From: an uncultured delta proteobacterium
Lineage (GTDB): Bacteria; Desulfobacterota; Syntrophobacteria; BM002
Direction: 5' to 3'
Assembly (NCBI GenBank): GCA_963712115.1
Contig: CAVQGX010000007.1
Location: 1-64,000 of the forward strand
Length of the DNA: 64,000 bases
Shown here: positions 48,371 to 58,884 of the stretch, one piece after another
How positions within the stretch are numbered: the stretch's first letter is position 1
Layout of the letters: each line of letters starts with the position of its first letter
Program-made: the position numbers and the translations under genes
Notes under the pieces: generated by a model
The model's database searches: none
What the model was told of the DNA's origin: nothing
Seen by the model: only the letters and a program-made list of their open reading frames with translations

Positions 48371-50350
48371 TTAGCCAATCACTGCCAAGGTATTGCCCTT
48401 CTGAACTGAATCACCACTTTTGAAGGGTATGGACAGCACCGTCCCGGAAATAGGGGCAGTAATGGAATTCTCCATCTTCATAGCCTCTAGGATGAGGACC
48501 ACATCCCCCTCATTTACCGAGTCCCCCTCATTGACTTCATAGCGAATTACCATTCCCGGCATGGGCGCCTCAATGCGAGTACCCTCAACAGCAGGTTTTG
48601 CAACGGGCTTGGCCGCTGCAGGAGCTGCCGCTGGCGCAGGGGCTGGAGCGGCTGCTGCCGCAGCCGGTGGTACCGCTGGTTGTGGCATCATAGGGGTCAC
48701 CGAGGTCACAACTGGTGCTCCACCCACTTCATCCACTTCCACCTCGAAGTAGTCACCGTCCACAAATACGTTAAAGGTGCGTACTCCAGGGCCCTTTTCC
48801 GGTGCTGGCTTTTCCACTTTTTCAACTAGCTTGCCCGCTTTGGCCAGAGACACCAACCGTTCTACTTCCTTGACCTGTTCTAAAGTCTTAGGTTTGACCT
48901 CGGCCGGGATTTCTTCCAGCCCATATTTCCACTTCAAGAATCGAACACCTGTGGTGGGATAAATAGCAACAATTAGCTGATCGTCTATGTCTTTAGCCAG
49001 ATCACCTGCCAAAGCCTTGGCTTTGTCCAATTCGGGTTCCAGAACATCTGCCGGCCTGACCTTGATGGGTTTTTCCCCGCGCTCGTAACCCTTTAAGGCT
49101 TTCTTACGGACTTCGGGGTCAATGGGCACAGGTGTCTCGCCGTAGAGGCCGTAACAGAGGTCTTTCACCTGTGCGGTGATCATTTTGTAGCGTTCGTCTC
49201 CGGTATCAAAGAGAACATTGTTAACCGTCTGAATTCCAACAATCTGACTGGTGGGAGTTACCAGTGGTACCTGGCCCAGTTCTTTTCGGACTCGGGGAAG
49301 TTCGGCAAAAACCTCGTCAATACGATCCAAGGCATCCATTTCCCTGAGCTGGTTTACAAGATTGGAGAGCATGCCACCCGGAGTCTGATGGAGGAGCACA
49401 TTAATATCTATGACGGAAAGCTTGGTGTCATCCAAGAGATGCCTATATTTGGGAGACACCTTTTCTATATGTTCAGAGAGGGCTGCCAGCTGTTTGATGT
49501 CAAAACCCGTATCCCTGTTTGTTCCCTTCAGGGTCATTGCCAGAGGTTCAATGGCCGGGTGCGAGGTCCGGTAAGCCCAAGGTGAGAGTACGGTGTCAAC
49601 AATGTCCACTCCTGCTTCTATGGCCTTCAACAGGGCCATGCACGATTGGCCGGAAGTGAAGTGGCTGTGGAGGTGAATGGGCACCTTCACCTGCTCCTTT
49701 AGGGCCTTTACCAGCATATAGGCATCATAGGGCGAGATAAGACCTGCCATGTCTTTGATACATACAGTGTCTGCCCCCATATCCTCGAGCTGTTTGGCCT
49801 TCTTCACATAGTATTCGATGTTATATACCGACCCGCCCATGCGTGGAGCTGTGAGGGAATAACAGATAGCTCCCTGAAAATGTTTGCCCATCTTCTTGAT
49901 TACCGGCACAACCGTCGTAAAATTGCGCAAATCATTCACCGCATCGAAAACCCGAAAAACATCGATGCCGTTTTCAGCTGCTCGCTCTACGAATATCTTG
50001 GCCACGTCGTCGGCGTAGTTGCGGTAGCCCACCAGATTTTGCCCGCGAAGCAACATCTGTAGTGGAGTTTTCTTGACGTACTTTTTCAATGTTCGCGGTC
50101 TTTCCCACGGGTCTTCCCCGAGGAAGCGGTGCATGGTGTCAAAGGTTGCACCACCCCACACACCCAAGGCCCAGAAACCCACCTTATCCATTTCTTCTGC
50201 TATGGGTATCATGTCTTCGGTGCGCCCGCGGGTTGCGAAGATTGATTGGTGCGCATCACGAAAGGTCAAATCTTGAACCTTGACCGGATTGGACACTTTT
50301 ACTTCCTCTTCTACCAGTCCAGCCGTAAGTTTCCCGTGTTTGTCTGCCAT
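48371..50350 (-). CDS. pycB: Pyruvate carboxylase subunit B / oxaloacetate decarboxylase alpha (carboxyltransferase + biotinyl domain)
   Basis: RDAHQS, WGGATFD, MLLRGQN, IKDMAG, HSH, LVTPTSQ, EAMKM. Confidence 0.92.
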   Translation of the reverse strand: MADKHGKLTAGLVEEEVKVSNPVKVQDLTFRDAHQSIFATRGRTEDMIPIAEEMDKVGFWALGVWGGATFDTMHRFLGEDPWERPRTLKKYVKKTPLQMLLRGQNLVGYRNYADDVAKIFVERAAENGIDVFRVFDAVNDLRNFTTVVPVIKKMGKHFQGAICYSLTAPRMGGSVYNIEYYVKKAKQLEDMGADTVCIKDMAGLISPYDAYMLVKALKEQVKVPIHLHSHFTSGQSCMALLKAIEAGVDIVDTVLSPWAYRTSHPAIEPLAMTLKGTNRDTGFDIKQLAALSEHIEKVSPKYRHLLDDTKLSVIDINVLLHQTPGGMLSNLVNQLREMDALDRIDEVFAELPRVRKELGQVPLVTPTSQIVGIQTVNNVLFDTGDERYKMITAQVKDLCYGLYGETPVPIDPEVRKKALKGYERGEKPIKVRPADVLEPELDKAKALAGDLAKDIDDQLIVAIYPTTGVRFLKWKYGLEEIPAEVKPKTLEQVKEVERLVSLAKAGKLVEKVEKPAPEKGPGVRTFNVFVDGDYFEVEVDEVGGAPVVTSVTPMMPQPAVPPAAAAAAPAPAPAAAPAAAKPVAKPAVEGTRIEAPMPGMVIRYEVNEGDSVNEGDVVLILEAMKMENSITAPISGTVLSIPFKSGDSVQKGNTLAVIG

Positions 50351-50504
50351 AATCCTCTCCTCTTAGTCTCTCCTCCCGTTTTCTGAAACTCTCAACCGAA
50401 GGAAGGTCGTTCCTCGGTGAGCGTTCAATATGAGTCAAAAGGAACAGAAGTAAATACAACTAGCAGAATGATTGAAAACGCTGATTGTCTCTTGCTATGA
50501 ACAA

Positions 50505-50714
50505 CTAGCGCATCATACGCAACTGAAGCAGCCTGCGCATCTCCATCCCAGCCTGCCTCCCCGAGGCGGACCACAGACTTACCGCCCCTAGAGCCGGTGC
50601 AGAGACTGGCCTGCTTACCGCTGCCATTGCAAGTTGTTGTTCTTCTTGGCTCCTCAGATATCTATAGACCGCAGTAACTGCCGCAACAATGCTTTTCTTC
50701 TGAGGTACGTCCAT
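50505..50714 (-). CDS. Small hypothetical protein, possible carboxylase accessory subunit
   Basis: AAVTAV...SLWSASGR...MRRLLQLR; directly upstream of pycB. Confidence 0.65.
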   Translation of the reverse strand: MDVPQKKSIVAAVTAVYRYLRSQEEQQLAMAAVSRPVSAPALGAVSLWSASGRQAGMEMRRLLQLRMMR

Positions 50715-50837
50715 TCTCTCTACTTAGTTTGTTGAGGTTGTCCTAGTATCTTCTTCGCCACTGCCTTCCCGCCTACCACTGTTCGGCTGGCGGACGGGCG
50801 AAGTGCACAGGAAGCCCTCAGGGGATGATCTGATCTA

Positions 50838-51392
50838 CTAAAGGCCGAGTTGGTCGCTGATCCCTTGCATGGCCACCAGGCTGAGCTCGGCAAAATCCGC
50901 CATGGGCACCCCGATTTCTTCACAGAGCCTTATTTGCTCTCGATTGACCCGCCTGGCAAAATCTTTTTGTTTCATCCGTTTCAAGATGGATTTCGGTTTA
51001 ACACTTTTTAGACGTTTATCTGGGTAGACGAGTGCCGTGGCGATAACCATGCCGGTAATAGATTCGGCACAGGTGAGGGCGAAATCGAGCTTAGACTCTC
51101 TCTCCAGACCCAAGACCTCAGCATTGTGCGCCTTGATAGCGCTAATCACCTCAGTTGGCAAGTCGCTATCGGCCAGCATGGCAGCCGTCTTTAACCCATG
51201 CTCGGAGGGATTATCAGCTGTCTCCTCATAATCCAAGTCGTGTAAAAGGCCTGTAATACCCCACAAGTCAATGGGTTCATCTAACCGCTCTGCCAGAGCC
51301 CGCATTACTGCTTCAGTGGCAAGGCAGTGTTTTCTCAAATTGTCGGCCCTCATGTGACTTTCGAGTAGATCAAGGGCTTGCTGCCGATCCAT
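50838..51392 (-). CDS. HDIG-domain metal-dependent hydrolase
   Basis: KHCLATE, GLLHDLD, EHG, AH; GAGGAGG RBS before ATG 51392. Confidence 0.88.
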   Translation of the reverse strand: MDRQQALDLLESHMRADNLRKHCLATEAVMRALAERLDEPIDLWGITGLLHDLDYEETADNPSEHGLKTAAMLADSDLPTEVISAIKAHNAEVLGLERESKLDFALTCAESITGMVIATALVYPDKRLKSVKPKSILKRMKQKDFARRVNREQIRLCEEIGVPMADFAELSLVAMQGISDQLGL

Positions 51393-51487
51393 GGACAATC
51401 TTACGACCTCCTCAACCCCAAAAGGGAAGCACAAACCACAGAGCACTTATAGCTGCCACCGAATTCGAATTTCGGATTTAGTAACAA

Positions 51488-51826
51488 CTATGCTGCTTTG
51501 GTGGCCCGACGGGTTTTCTTTTTCAGCCGGCTAATTCTCCTTCTAAGCAGCTGCACCTTATCTTTTTCTCCTGCCTCCCTCATTGTCTCTTTCTGGCTCC
51601 GGAGTTCCCTTATTTTCTTCTTGATGCTGCGAACGTCGCCGCTCTTGTCGCGTTTTTTCTCATCTGCAATTCCTTTGGCCTCCTTTATGGCGGCAACCAG
51701 CTCACTTTTATTCATGGCATGAACGCCGACGATACCCTCCATACCCAGGGCCATCTCTCGCAGTTCCTTGGCAGTCATCCGATCTAGGGGTTTCTCCTTT
51801 TTTTCCTTTTTCTCTTTCTTAGCCAT
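51488..51826 (-). CDS. Small basic protein with Rho N-terminal-like domain
   Basis: LDRMTAKELREMA...GVHAMNKSELV. Confidence 0.8.
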   Translation of the reverse strand: MAKKEKKEKKEKPLDRMTAKELREMALGMEGIVGVHAMNKSELVAAIKEAKGIADEKKRDKSGDVRSIKKKIRELRSQKETMREAGEKDKVQLLRRRISRLKKKTRRATKAA

Positions 51827-51891
51827 TTACTTCCACTCCTCCATCTAATACCAGTCGGGCAAGGGCAATCGGGTGTTTTGCACCAATCACC

Positions 51892-52677
51892 TTACTTGTC
51901 AGAGTCATCTTTTTTACGCTTCTCAAGAACTTCCGATAACTGAATAAATGGTTTGAACAAGTCTATTGGAATGGGGAAAAGGGTGGTGGAATTATTTTCC
52001 GCCGAAACCTCCCTCAGTGTCTGGAGGTATCGCAACTGTAAGGCCATGGGATGTTCAGCGATTATCTCTGCTGCTTGGGCTAAGCGGGCTGCCGCCTGGT
52101 GCTCACCCTCAGCATTTATAACCTTGGCACGTCTTTCCCGTTCGGCCTCGGCCTGCCTCGCCATAGCACGCTGCATGTCTTGGGGCAGATCGATGTGTTT
52201 GACTTCCACGGTGGTGACTTTAACGCCCCAGGGGTCTGTGTGCTTGTCCAAAATCTCTTGTAGTTCGGTGTTAATCTTATCTCGGTCAGATAGGAGTTCA
52301 TCCAGCTCCGCCTGCCCACAGACGCTTCGTAGGGTGGTCTGGGCCAACTGAGAAGTAGCGTAGAGATAATTTTCAACCTCTACTACCGCCTTAATGGAAT
52401 CCATCACCCGAAAATAGATGACTGCATTTACCTTCACAGAAACGTTGTCTCGAGTAATTACGTCCTGCGGCGGCACGTCCATGGCCACCAGTCGCAAACT
52501 TATTTTCACCAGCCTGTCTACTACCGGTATTATGATAATAAGGCCCGGGCCTTTGGCTCTTGACATTACTCGGCCCAAACGAAATACAACTCCCCTTTCG
52601 TACTCGTTTAGGATCCTAATTGCACTGGCCAAAAAAAGGACCGCGAGTACTATCAAAAATATAATTGAGTAAGACAT
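51892..52677 (-). CDS. Slipin/stomatin (SPFH) protein
   Basis: [43 protein letters not shown]. Confidence 0.93.
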   Translation of the reverse strand: MSYSIIFLIVLAVLFLASAIRILNEYERGVVFRLGRVMSRAKGPGLIIIIPVVDRLVKISLRLVAMDVPPQDVITRDNVSVKVNAVIYFRVMDSIKAVVEVENYLYATSQLAQTTLRSVCGQAELDELLSDRDKINTELQEILDKHTDPWGVKVTTVEVKHIDLPQDMQRAMARQAEAERERRAKVINAEGEHQAAARLAQAAEIIAEHPMALQLRYLQTLREVSAENNSTTLFPIPIDLFKPFIQLSEVLEKRKKDDSDK

Positions 52678-52734
52678 GGAGTCCTCCTATCAAGGCGGCA
52701 AAAAAGCTGTAAATTCCCGCTCTAAGTGACCAAA

Positions 52735-54078
52735 TCATTGCTTTGTATCACCTATTTTTCTCACTTTCAACAACAAATTTTCAACCCCAATTACCTCCAC
52801 CCTGGTACCAACAGGCACGATGTCCTCGGAGGTAGCGTTCCAGAGTTCGCCGTGGACGAACACCTTTCCCTCTGGGGCCAAAGACTCTTTGGCAACCGCT
52901 ATCTCTCCGATCAACCCCTGATACCCGGTGCGCGGCTTGGCCATGTGGGCCCGGACAGCCAGAAAAGCCACAGTAATGAAGAAGCCTGAGATGACAAGTA
53001 CTGCCGGAATCAACACACTCCAGGAAACCCGCAACCCGGTAGTCCCGGTGTTAAAGAGCATGATGGAACCGAGGGTAAGGCAGATGACACCCCCTATGCT
53101 GAGCAAACCGTAACTGGTTACTTTGATTTCCAGAAGAAATAGAATGGCTCCCAAAAGGATCAACAGCACCCCGGCATAGTTCACTGATAGGGTCTGGAAA
53201 GCATAAAAGGCAAGAATCAGGGAAATTCCACCGATGACACCAGGGAAAATGGCGCCGGGATGGGAGAGCTCGAAATAAAGGCCAGCCAAACCGATGAGCA
53301 TTAGTATGTAGGCGATATTTGGGTTGCTAATGGTTTTGAGAATCTTATCCCGCAGATTCTCTTGGAGGCTTTCGGTAGAGAGCCCCTTGAGGGCTAGCTT
53401 TTTTTCTCCTTCTTTGGTCTGCACCGGCCAGCCTTCAAGTTTGAGCAATAGATCGTTCATGTCTTTGGCGATCAGATCAACTACATTCAGCCTCAAGGCC
53501 TCTTCAGCAGTAATGGACACGCTTTTTCTCACCGCCTCCTCGGCCCAATCAGCATTGCGGTCCCTCTTGCTGGCAATGGACTTGATGAAAGCCACCAGAT
53601 CATTGACCATCTTTGTGTCCATGGTTTCGTCCATCTCCTTGCCCCCAGCCACAACCGGATGAGCGGCGCCTATGTTGGTACCTGGCGCCATGGCAGCAAT
53701 ATCGGCAGCCATTACAACAAATACACCTGCAGATGCAGCCTGGGCGCCACTGGGAGACACATAAACCACCACCGGAACGGGGGAGTTCATGATGGTCTTC
53801 ACCATGGTTCTCATGGAGGAAACCAAACCACCAGGGGTGTCCAATTGGACCACAATGAGCACTGCCTCATCTTCCACTGCTTGCTGTGTCCCCCTAGCCA
53901 GAAAGGCTGCTGTACCCGGGTTTATACTCTCCTCGATGTGAATCACCTTGATGCGCTCGCCAGTTGCCGCCGAGAGGGAAGTCCCAGACGTTATCAGTAA
54001 GATAAAAAGCAACCCAGCCAGAAAAGAAAAACCTCTTCTAAGTCTGGCTGGTTCAGTTAATTTCGCTACAAGCCGCAT
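52735..54078 (-). CDS. nfeD: NfeD membrane-bound serine protease
   Basis: LDTPGG, ASAG, TNIGAAHPV, GELW OB-fold; paired with slipin. Confidence 0.92.
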   Translation of the reverse strand: MRLVAKLTEPARLRRGFSFLAGLLFILLITSGTSLSAATGERIKVIHIEESINPGTAAFLARGTQQAVEDEAVLIVVQLDTPGGLVSSMRTMVKTIMNSPVPVVVYVSPSGAQAASAGVFVVMAADIAAMAPGTNIGAAHPVVAGGKEMDETMDTKMVNDLVAFIKSIASKRDRNADWAEEAVRKSVSITAEEALRLNVVDLIAKDMNDLLLKLEGWPVQTKEGEKKLALKGLSTESLQENLRDKILKTISNPNIAYILMLIGLAGLYFELSHPGAIFPGVIGGISLILAFYAFQTLSVNYAGVLLILLGAILFLLEIKVTSYGLLSIGGVICLTLGSIMLFNTGTTGLRVSWSVLIPAVLVISGFFITVAFLAVRAHMAKPRTGYQGLIGEIAVAKESLAPEGKVFVHGELWNATSEDIVPVGTRVEVIGVENLLLKVRKIGDTKQ

Positions 54079-54166
54079 TTTTATTTCCTTTCTATGCTTC
54101 TAGACCACAATCGGCTTTTTTGCCGTGCCCCCTAGACAGGCTGAAAAACCTCCCAGGCCAGCACCC

Positions 54167-54895
54167 TCAGCTATCCCCCTTTTTTACCAGAGACAGGAGC
54201 AACTGGACATCCTTCCAAGCCTGGCGCTTCTGCAGAGGATTGCGGAGAAGATATGCAGGATGGTAGGTGGGCACCACGGGAATACCCTCAAACTGGTAAA
54301 CCTGGTTCCTCAGTCTAGATATTGGTTGCTGCGAGGAGAGCAGAAATTGGGCGGCAAAACTTCCTACGGCTAAAATGGCCTGAGGACGAATGGCGCGAAG
54401 CTGACGGCGAAGGAATGGGCCGCACAATTCGATTTCATCTGGCAGAGGGTCTCTGTTCCTCGGTGGTCTGCATTTGATCACGTTGCAAATGTACACCTCA
54501 TGGCGCCGCCACCCCATTGCTGCAATTATGTGGTCGAGTAATTTGCCGGCTGGGCCCACAAAGGGTCGACCCAATCGGTCCTCTTCCCGGCCTGGTCCTT
54601 CTCCAACGAGCACTACTCTGGCTGAGGGGTTTCCTTCCCCAAAGACAATATGGGTTCGATCGGAGTGAAGTCTGCAGCGGTTACATTCTCCCAAATCGAC
54701 CTTTATCTCATCCAGGGTCTCCGGCAGAGCTTGGGTGATAGGTAGCAACTCTGAGGGCAACCATTCCAGACCCATCATGGCCTGGTAGCTGAGATGCTGG
54801 CGAAGGGAGGCTGCCAGTTGAGCGAGGTCTCGGCGAGTCGATCTCACTAGCTCTTTGTCATCATGGGCTTTTCCACTCTGATTGCCAAAACGCAT
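54167..54895 (-). CDS. Uracil-DNA glycosylase, family 4
   Basis: CNRC, GEGPG, PFVG, KCRP, HPAY. Confidence 0.93.
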   Translation of the reverse strand: MRFGNQSGKAHDDKELVRSTRRDLAQLAASLRQHLSYQAMMGLEWLPSELLPITQALPETLDEIKVDLGECNRCRLHSDRTHIVFGEGNPSARVVLVGEGPGREEDRLGRPFVGPAGKLLDHIIAAMGWRRHEVYICNVIKCRPPRNRDPLPDEIELCGPFLRRQLRAIRPQAILAVGSFAAQFLLSSQQPISRLRNQVYQFEGIPVVPTYHPAYLLRNPLQKRQAWKDVQLLLSLVKKGDS

Positions 54896-55028
54896 GTTTT
54901 GCTTATCCTATTCTTTTTGGGTTCATCTGGGATTTGCTTGGTTGATCATCTCCAAGCAAATCCCGGATGAACCTCTTTTTGACCCCCATTATAACAGGTT
55001 TTCTCAATCCCTAAGAATTGACAGGTTG

Positions 55029-56228
55029 TTACTTTCGCCACAGACGCTCCACTCGATCCCATATCTCCATGGCGATCAATTCTTTGCTCTTCAGAGGTAG
55101 GTTTTCCACCTCGCCTCCCGGCCACAAAATGGTCACTTCATTGGTATCACTGCCAAAGCCGGCATTAGCTGCGGTGAGATCATTTGCCACAATGAAATCC
55201 AGATTCTTCTGGCGGAGCTTTGTCTTTGCATTTTCCAGCAAATCTTCGGTCTCTGCGGCAAATCCTACCAGGATTTGCCCCTGCTTCAGTTCTCCAAGAC
55301 GCAGTAGGATATCCTCGGTCTTTTCCAGCTCTAGAGATTCGCTGGCTTTTATTTTTTTTATTTTCTCCACCGCCCTTTTCATTGGCCGATAGTCAGAAAC
55401 TGCCGCCGCCATCACCACGGCATCCATCTGGGTGAATTGGTCCACAACAGCCTCGTACATCTCCTTAGCACTCATAACCTGGATCTGCGAAACTCCATAA
55501 GGTGGAGTCAGAGAAGATGGTCCGCTCACCAGAGTGACCTCAGCTCCCCTCCTCCTAGCTGCACTCGCCAGAGCATAACCCATCTTTCCAGATGAGGGGT
55601 TGGTCAAATGTCTTACTGGATCCAACAATTCTCTGGTGGGGCCGGCGGTCACTAAAACTTTTTTCCCCTGAAGGGATTGCGGTGTCGACACTTGTCGGAT
55701 GCATTCCAAAATTTCATCTACAGGCGCCAATCTTCCCAACCCTTGAACCCCACAAGCAAGGTCACCGGTTTCGGGACCCACTTGATGGAACCCCCAACCC
55801 CTGAGCTTGGCGAGATTTTCCTGTACAGCCTGACTTTCATACATATTCACATTCATGGCAGGACAAATAATCTTGGGAGCGGTGCAAGCCAGCAGGGCCG
55901 TGGTTAAGTAATCATCGGCAATCCCGTGTGCCAGTTTGCCAATTATGTTGGCTGTGGCGGGAGCAATGACAGCCACTTCAGCCTCGGTGGCAACTTGGAT
56001 GTGACCGATTCGTGATTCCGTCTCTAAATCGAAAAGATGAGTGCACACAGGCTGGCCAGAGAGTACCTGAAATGACAGAGGTTGCACGAACTCCATAGCG
56101 CTTTGGGTCATGATCACCCGCACTTGCGCCGCTGCCAAAGCCAAAAGCCTGGTTAGCTCCAAGGCTTTGTACGCTGCGATCCCTCCACTTACTCCCAAGA
56201 GAATCTTCCGGTCTTTTAATGTCGTCAT
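55029..56228 (-). CDS. coaBC: Phosphopantothenoylcysteine decarboxylase/ligase
   Basis: GGIAAYK, PATAN, PAMN, LACG, TAGPT, SSGKMG, GFAAET. Confidence 0.96.
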   Translation of the reverse strand: MTTLKDRKILLGVSGGIAAYKALELTRLLALAAAQVRVIMTQSAMEFVQPLSFQVLSGQPVCTHLFDLETESRIGHIQVATEAEVAVIAPATANIIGKLAHGIADDYLTTALLACTAPKIICPAMNVNMYESQAVQENLAKLRGWGFHQVGPETGDLACGVQGLGRLAPVDEILECIRQVSTPQSLQGKKVLVTAGPTRELLDPVRHLTNPSSGKMGYALASAARRRGAEVTLVSGPSSLTPPYGVSQIQVMSAKEMYEAVVDQFTQMDAVVMAAAVSDYRPMKRAVEKIKKIKASESLELEKTEDILLRLGELKQGQILVGFAAETEDLLENAKTKLRQKNLDFIVANDLTAANAGFGSDTNEVTILWPGGEVENLPLKSKELIAMEIWDRVERLWRK

Positions 56229-56343
56229 GCCTTCCTCTTTGCTTTCTAACCTTAAGTCGAGTTGATCCTGAGGTTCTCATTCTAAGCGAATCGAATTAAC
56301 TGATGAATCAATCCCCCTCTTGCAGCATCTAAATGTAGTTCTT

Positions 56344-56422
56344 CACCACAAAGGGCACAAAGAGCACAAAGGTTTTTTCAAATAGAAGTAGTTCCTTTGT
56401 GTACTTTGAGATCTTCGTGGTT
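56344..56422. repeat. 9-mer-periodic palindromic element
   Basis: CACCACAAAGGGCACAAAGAGCACAAAG ... CTTTGTGTACTTTGAGATCTTCGTGGT. Confidence 0.8.
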
Positions 56423-56438
56423 AAGCCTGCTTCAGGCC

Positions 56439-56918
56439 TCAAGGCATGGTTGCACTCACTTGGGGTGCCACCCAGATTTCAACTCCGGTTTTCAGGGGAT
56501 ACTCGGCCACACTTACTAGGCAGCTACGCTTATCCTTTTCGAAGTTCAGGATTACCCGGCGATAGCGAAAACTGGATTTCAGAATCCAACCGTCCTTGGG
56601 CATATTAGTGGTAAAAAAATTTACCAGTGACTCACCCTGCACATACCCCTCGAACACCAGGACACCAGCTGAAAAGGAGGGCGTACTGTAGACAAAGGAA
56701 TTCTTTTTATTAAGGGAAAGTTCTGCGGGAATTAAAATGTCAGCAAAGTCATAGTAGACAGGAGCCGGTCCTTTAACTTCACTTTTCTTCTCTTCAGTTT
56801 CTCCAGAGTTATCCTCAGACTTTTGAAAAGCCGCACACCCGAAGCCGACAAGGAAAAGCAGCGAAACCAAACAGATTAGCAAACCACTTCTACCTGCAAT
56901 ACCACCATCAATTCTCAT
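56439..56918 (-). CDS. Hypothetical lipoprotein
   Basis: Hydrophobic signal ending in GFGC; YYDFADILIP. Confidence 0.75.
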   Translation of the reverse strand: MRIDGGIAGRSGLLICLVSLLFLVGFGCAAFQKSEDNSGETEEKKSEVKGPAPVYYDFADILIPAELSLNKKNSFVYSTPSFSAGVLVFEGYVQGESLVNFFTTNMPKDGWILKSSFRYRRVILNFEKDKRSCLVSVAEYPLKTGVEIWVAPQVSATMP

Positions 56919-56989
56919 AACTTCCCCCTCCTTGCCCCGTTCGCTTTAACCTTGCTTAAAGTCACTCTGGTTATGAACCCATTGCCCAA

Positions 56990-57508
56990 TCATACTTCCT
57001 TGAACACAAGGTCTGAAAGTGACTTGCGGTCGGACTTCTGCTGCCGATGCTTAGGATGCCCAATAGCTAGAACCGCCATCAATTCATAGGTCTCAGGCGC
57101 ATCTAGGATCTCCCCCACCCTCTCTTTGTTCTTCAAGATTTCGCCAAGCCAGACGCCTCCGAGGTCCAAAGCATGAGTTGCCAGCCACATATTCTGTAGG
57201 CAGGCGCCTATCCCCTGACAGTCCTTGGTCCGATCATAGCTGGCATCATTATCAATAAATACTGCAATGATCACAGGGGCATTACGAATGATCTCCCGGT
57301 AACGGGTATGCTTCGCAACTTCATCTTTAACTTTAGAATCCTGAACAACAGCAAAACGCCAAGGCTGGTTATTGAGTCCGGAAGGAGCCCAGCGACCAGC
57401 CTCCAGGATTGTTTGCACATCATGCTGGTCTACCGGATCATCGGTATACTGCCTGATGCTTCTCCTGGCAAATATGGCTTCCAACACAGCTTGACCGGAT
57501 TTACTCAT
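56990..57508 (-). CDS. Nitroreductase family protein
   Basis: RRSIRQY, APSGLNNQPWRF, QNMWL, LGGVW. Confidence 0.93.
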   Translation of the reverse strand: MSKSGQAVLEAIFARRSIRQYTDDPVDQHDVQTILEAGRWAPSGLNNQPWRFAVVQDSKVKDEVAKHTRYREIIRNAPVIIAVFIDNDASYDRTKDCQGIGACLQNMWLATHALDLGGVWLGEILKNKERVGEILDAPETYELMAVLAIGHPKHRQQKSDRKSLSDLVFKEV

Positions 57509-57788
57509 TTGTTCTCCCGTGGTCTCGCGCCTGACCTTCGCGGTAAGGGAATTGAACCTCGCTGGTCACATAACCCCTTTAGTTGCTTGATATTATTGAG
57601 AGTATATCGGTATCCACCAAACCCGTCAATGATTAAGGCAAAGCTCTACGAGCTTTGCCTTACGAGACTGGATGTCGGGCGAGAGGGGAAATCGGGAATA
57701 ACGGGTATTTGATTATTTTGATTGTGCACCTCTCTCCCGTATCGCTCGTCTCGCTGTTTCCCCGTGCCTGGTGCCTAGTGCTCAGTGC

Positions 57789-58442
57789 CTAGTTCGCACT
57801 GCGGTTGAACCGCAGTCCGTTAATAACCCCGTGGCAACGGCAGGCGGTCGCCACTAGAATATTCTTCACCGAGGATCTCGCTGCTTCGAGAAGCCGCCAA
57901 AGAGTTGACAATTGGTAGCCGCCAACACCTGGCGTCAGTTGATGGCTGCGAACCACCAGGGTCTTATAGCCACGGACCTCTATTTGTTGGATAAGCTCAT
58001 ACAAATTAGCTTCGCGACGTTCTCGGGTGACGCTACAGATATCTTCAGGCTCCTCACAGTCGTTGGGACAGCGAAAGGTTGCAAAACTCGTATAGAGAAC
58101 CCCTCCTTTGCCTCTCATGGGGTTGGGAATTTGCTGATCGAGAGCTGAAGGGGCGACAAGTGGCGTAACTGCCCCCTCTTTGGTCAACTGTTGACAGAGC
58201 CAGGAGAAAGCAACATGTTCGGGAATTGCTGGGATAATCCACTCATTCCCCGCACCAGTATGGGATAGAAGAAAGTCGACAGCATCCTGTTTTATGATCT
58301 TCAAGGGCTCATCCCTCAGATCATCCAGTGCATCTTCATGGTGATCCACTACTAGCAAATTGCATCTCCTTTTTCGCTGCAAAATGCGCTTCGCCGCTAA
58401 AGAGCCAAAATGTCCGGCTCCAAGAATCCAAAAAGATTCCAT
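57789..58442 (-). CDS. Uncharacterised Rossmann-fold protein with Cys-rich C-terminal half
   Basis: ILGAGHFG; CPNDCEEPEDIC; TACRCHG; start uncertain (58442-58538). Confidence 0.7.
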   Translation of the reverse strand: MESFWILGAGHFGSLAAKRILQRKRRCNLLVVDHHEDALDDLRDEPLKIIKQDAVDFLLSHTGAGNEWIIPAIPEHVAFSWLCQQLTKEGAVTPLVAPSALDQQIPNPMRGKGGVLYTSFATFRCPNDCEEPEDICSVTRERREANLYELIQQIEVRGYKTLVVRSHQLTPGVGGYQLSTLWRLLEAARSSVKNILVATACRCHGVINGLRFNRSAN

Positions 58443-58626
58443 GAACCCTACCCTTTTTTTATCTTTCATTATCTTAACAACATGATAGAGTAAACAGCAA
58501 ACTATCGCAGATACTAGATTGCAGATTTTAGATTTCAAACTGACCTATCTTAAAAATATGGAATTCCGCAATCTGAAATAACCATCACGCCATCGCTCCA
58601 ATACTCCAGTACTCCATTGTCGTTTG

Positions 58627-58655
58627 TTGACACCCCCTTTTTTTAATTTTATAGT
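58627..58655 (+). promoter_or_regulatory. sigma70 promoter for tatD-maf-yggS
   Basis: TTGACA-17-TATAGT. Confidence 0.7.
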
Positions 58656-58719
58656 TCATCCAAAGTGCGGCAAAGCTGCATTCATATTTGAAAAGCCAAG
58701 CACGAAACAAATTGTGGCA

Positions 58720-58875
58720 ACAGATGTGGGATGTGCGATATGCGATCTATAAATTTAGGAATTGCGAATTAAGGGATTAAGGAATTGAGCCTGGTCTAGA
58801 AAAATCCCTGAATTCCTCAATCCCTAAATTCCTAAATTTGATTCCCGCATCTCAGATCTCAGATCTCACATCCAG
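58720..58875. repeat. Nested 7-mer/8-mer palindromic element
   Basis: GATGTGG/GATGTGC ... ATCTCAG outer arms around GGAATTNN / AATCCCTN inner arms. Confidence 0.75.
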
Positions 58876-58884
58876 ATAAAAAAC

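Noticed and set aside
48630-48680. Ala/Pro-rich low-complexity repeat in pycB
   Set aside because: Normal flexible linker before the biotinyl domain.
57520-57580. GGGGAATTGAACC resembling the reverse of a tRNA T-arm
   Set aside because: I could not build a cloverleaf or acceptor stem around it.
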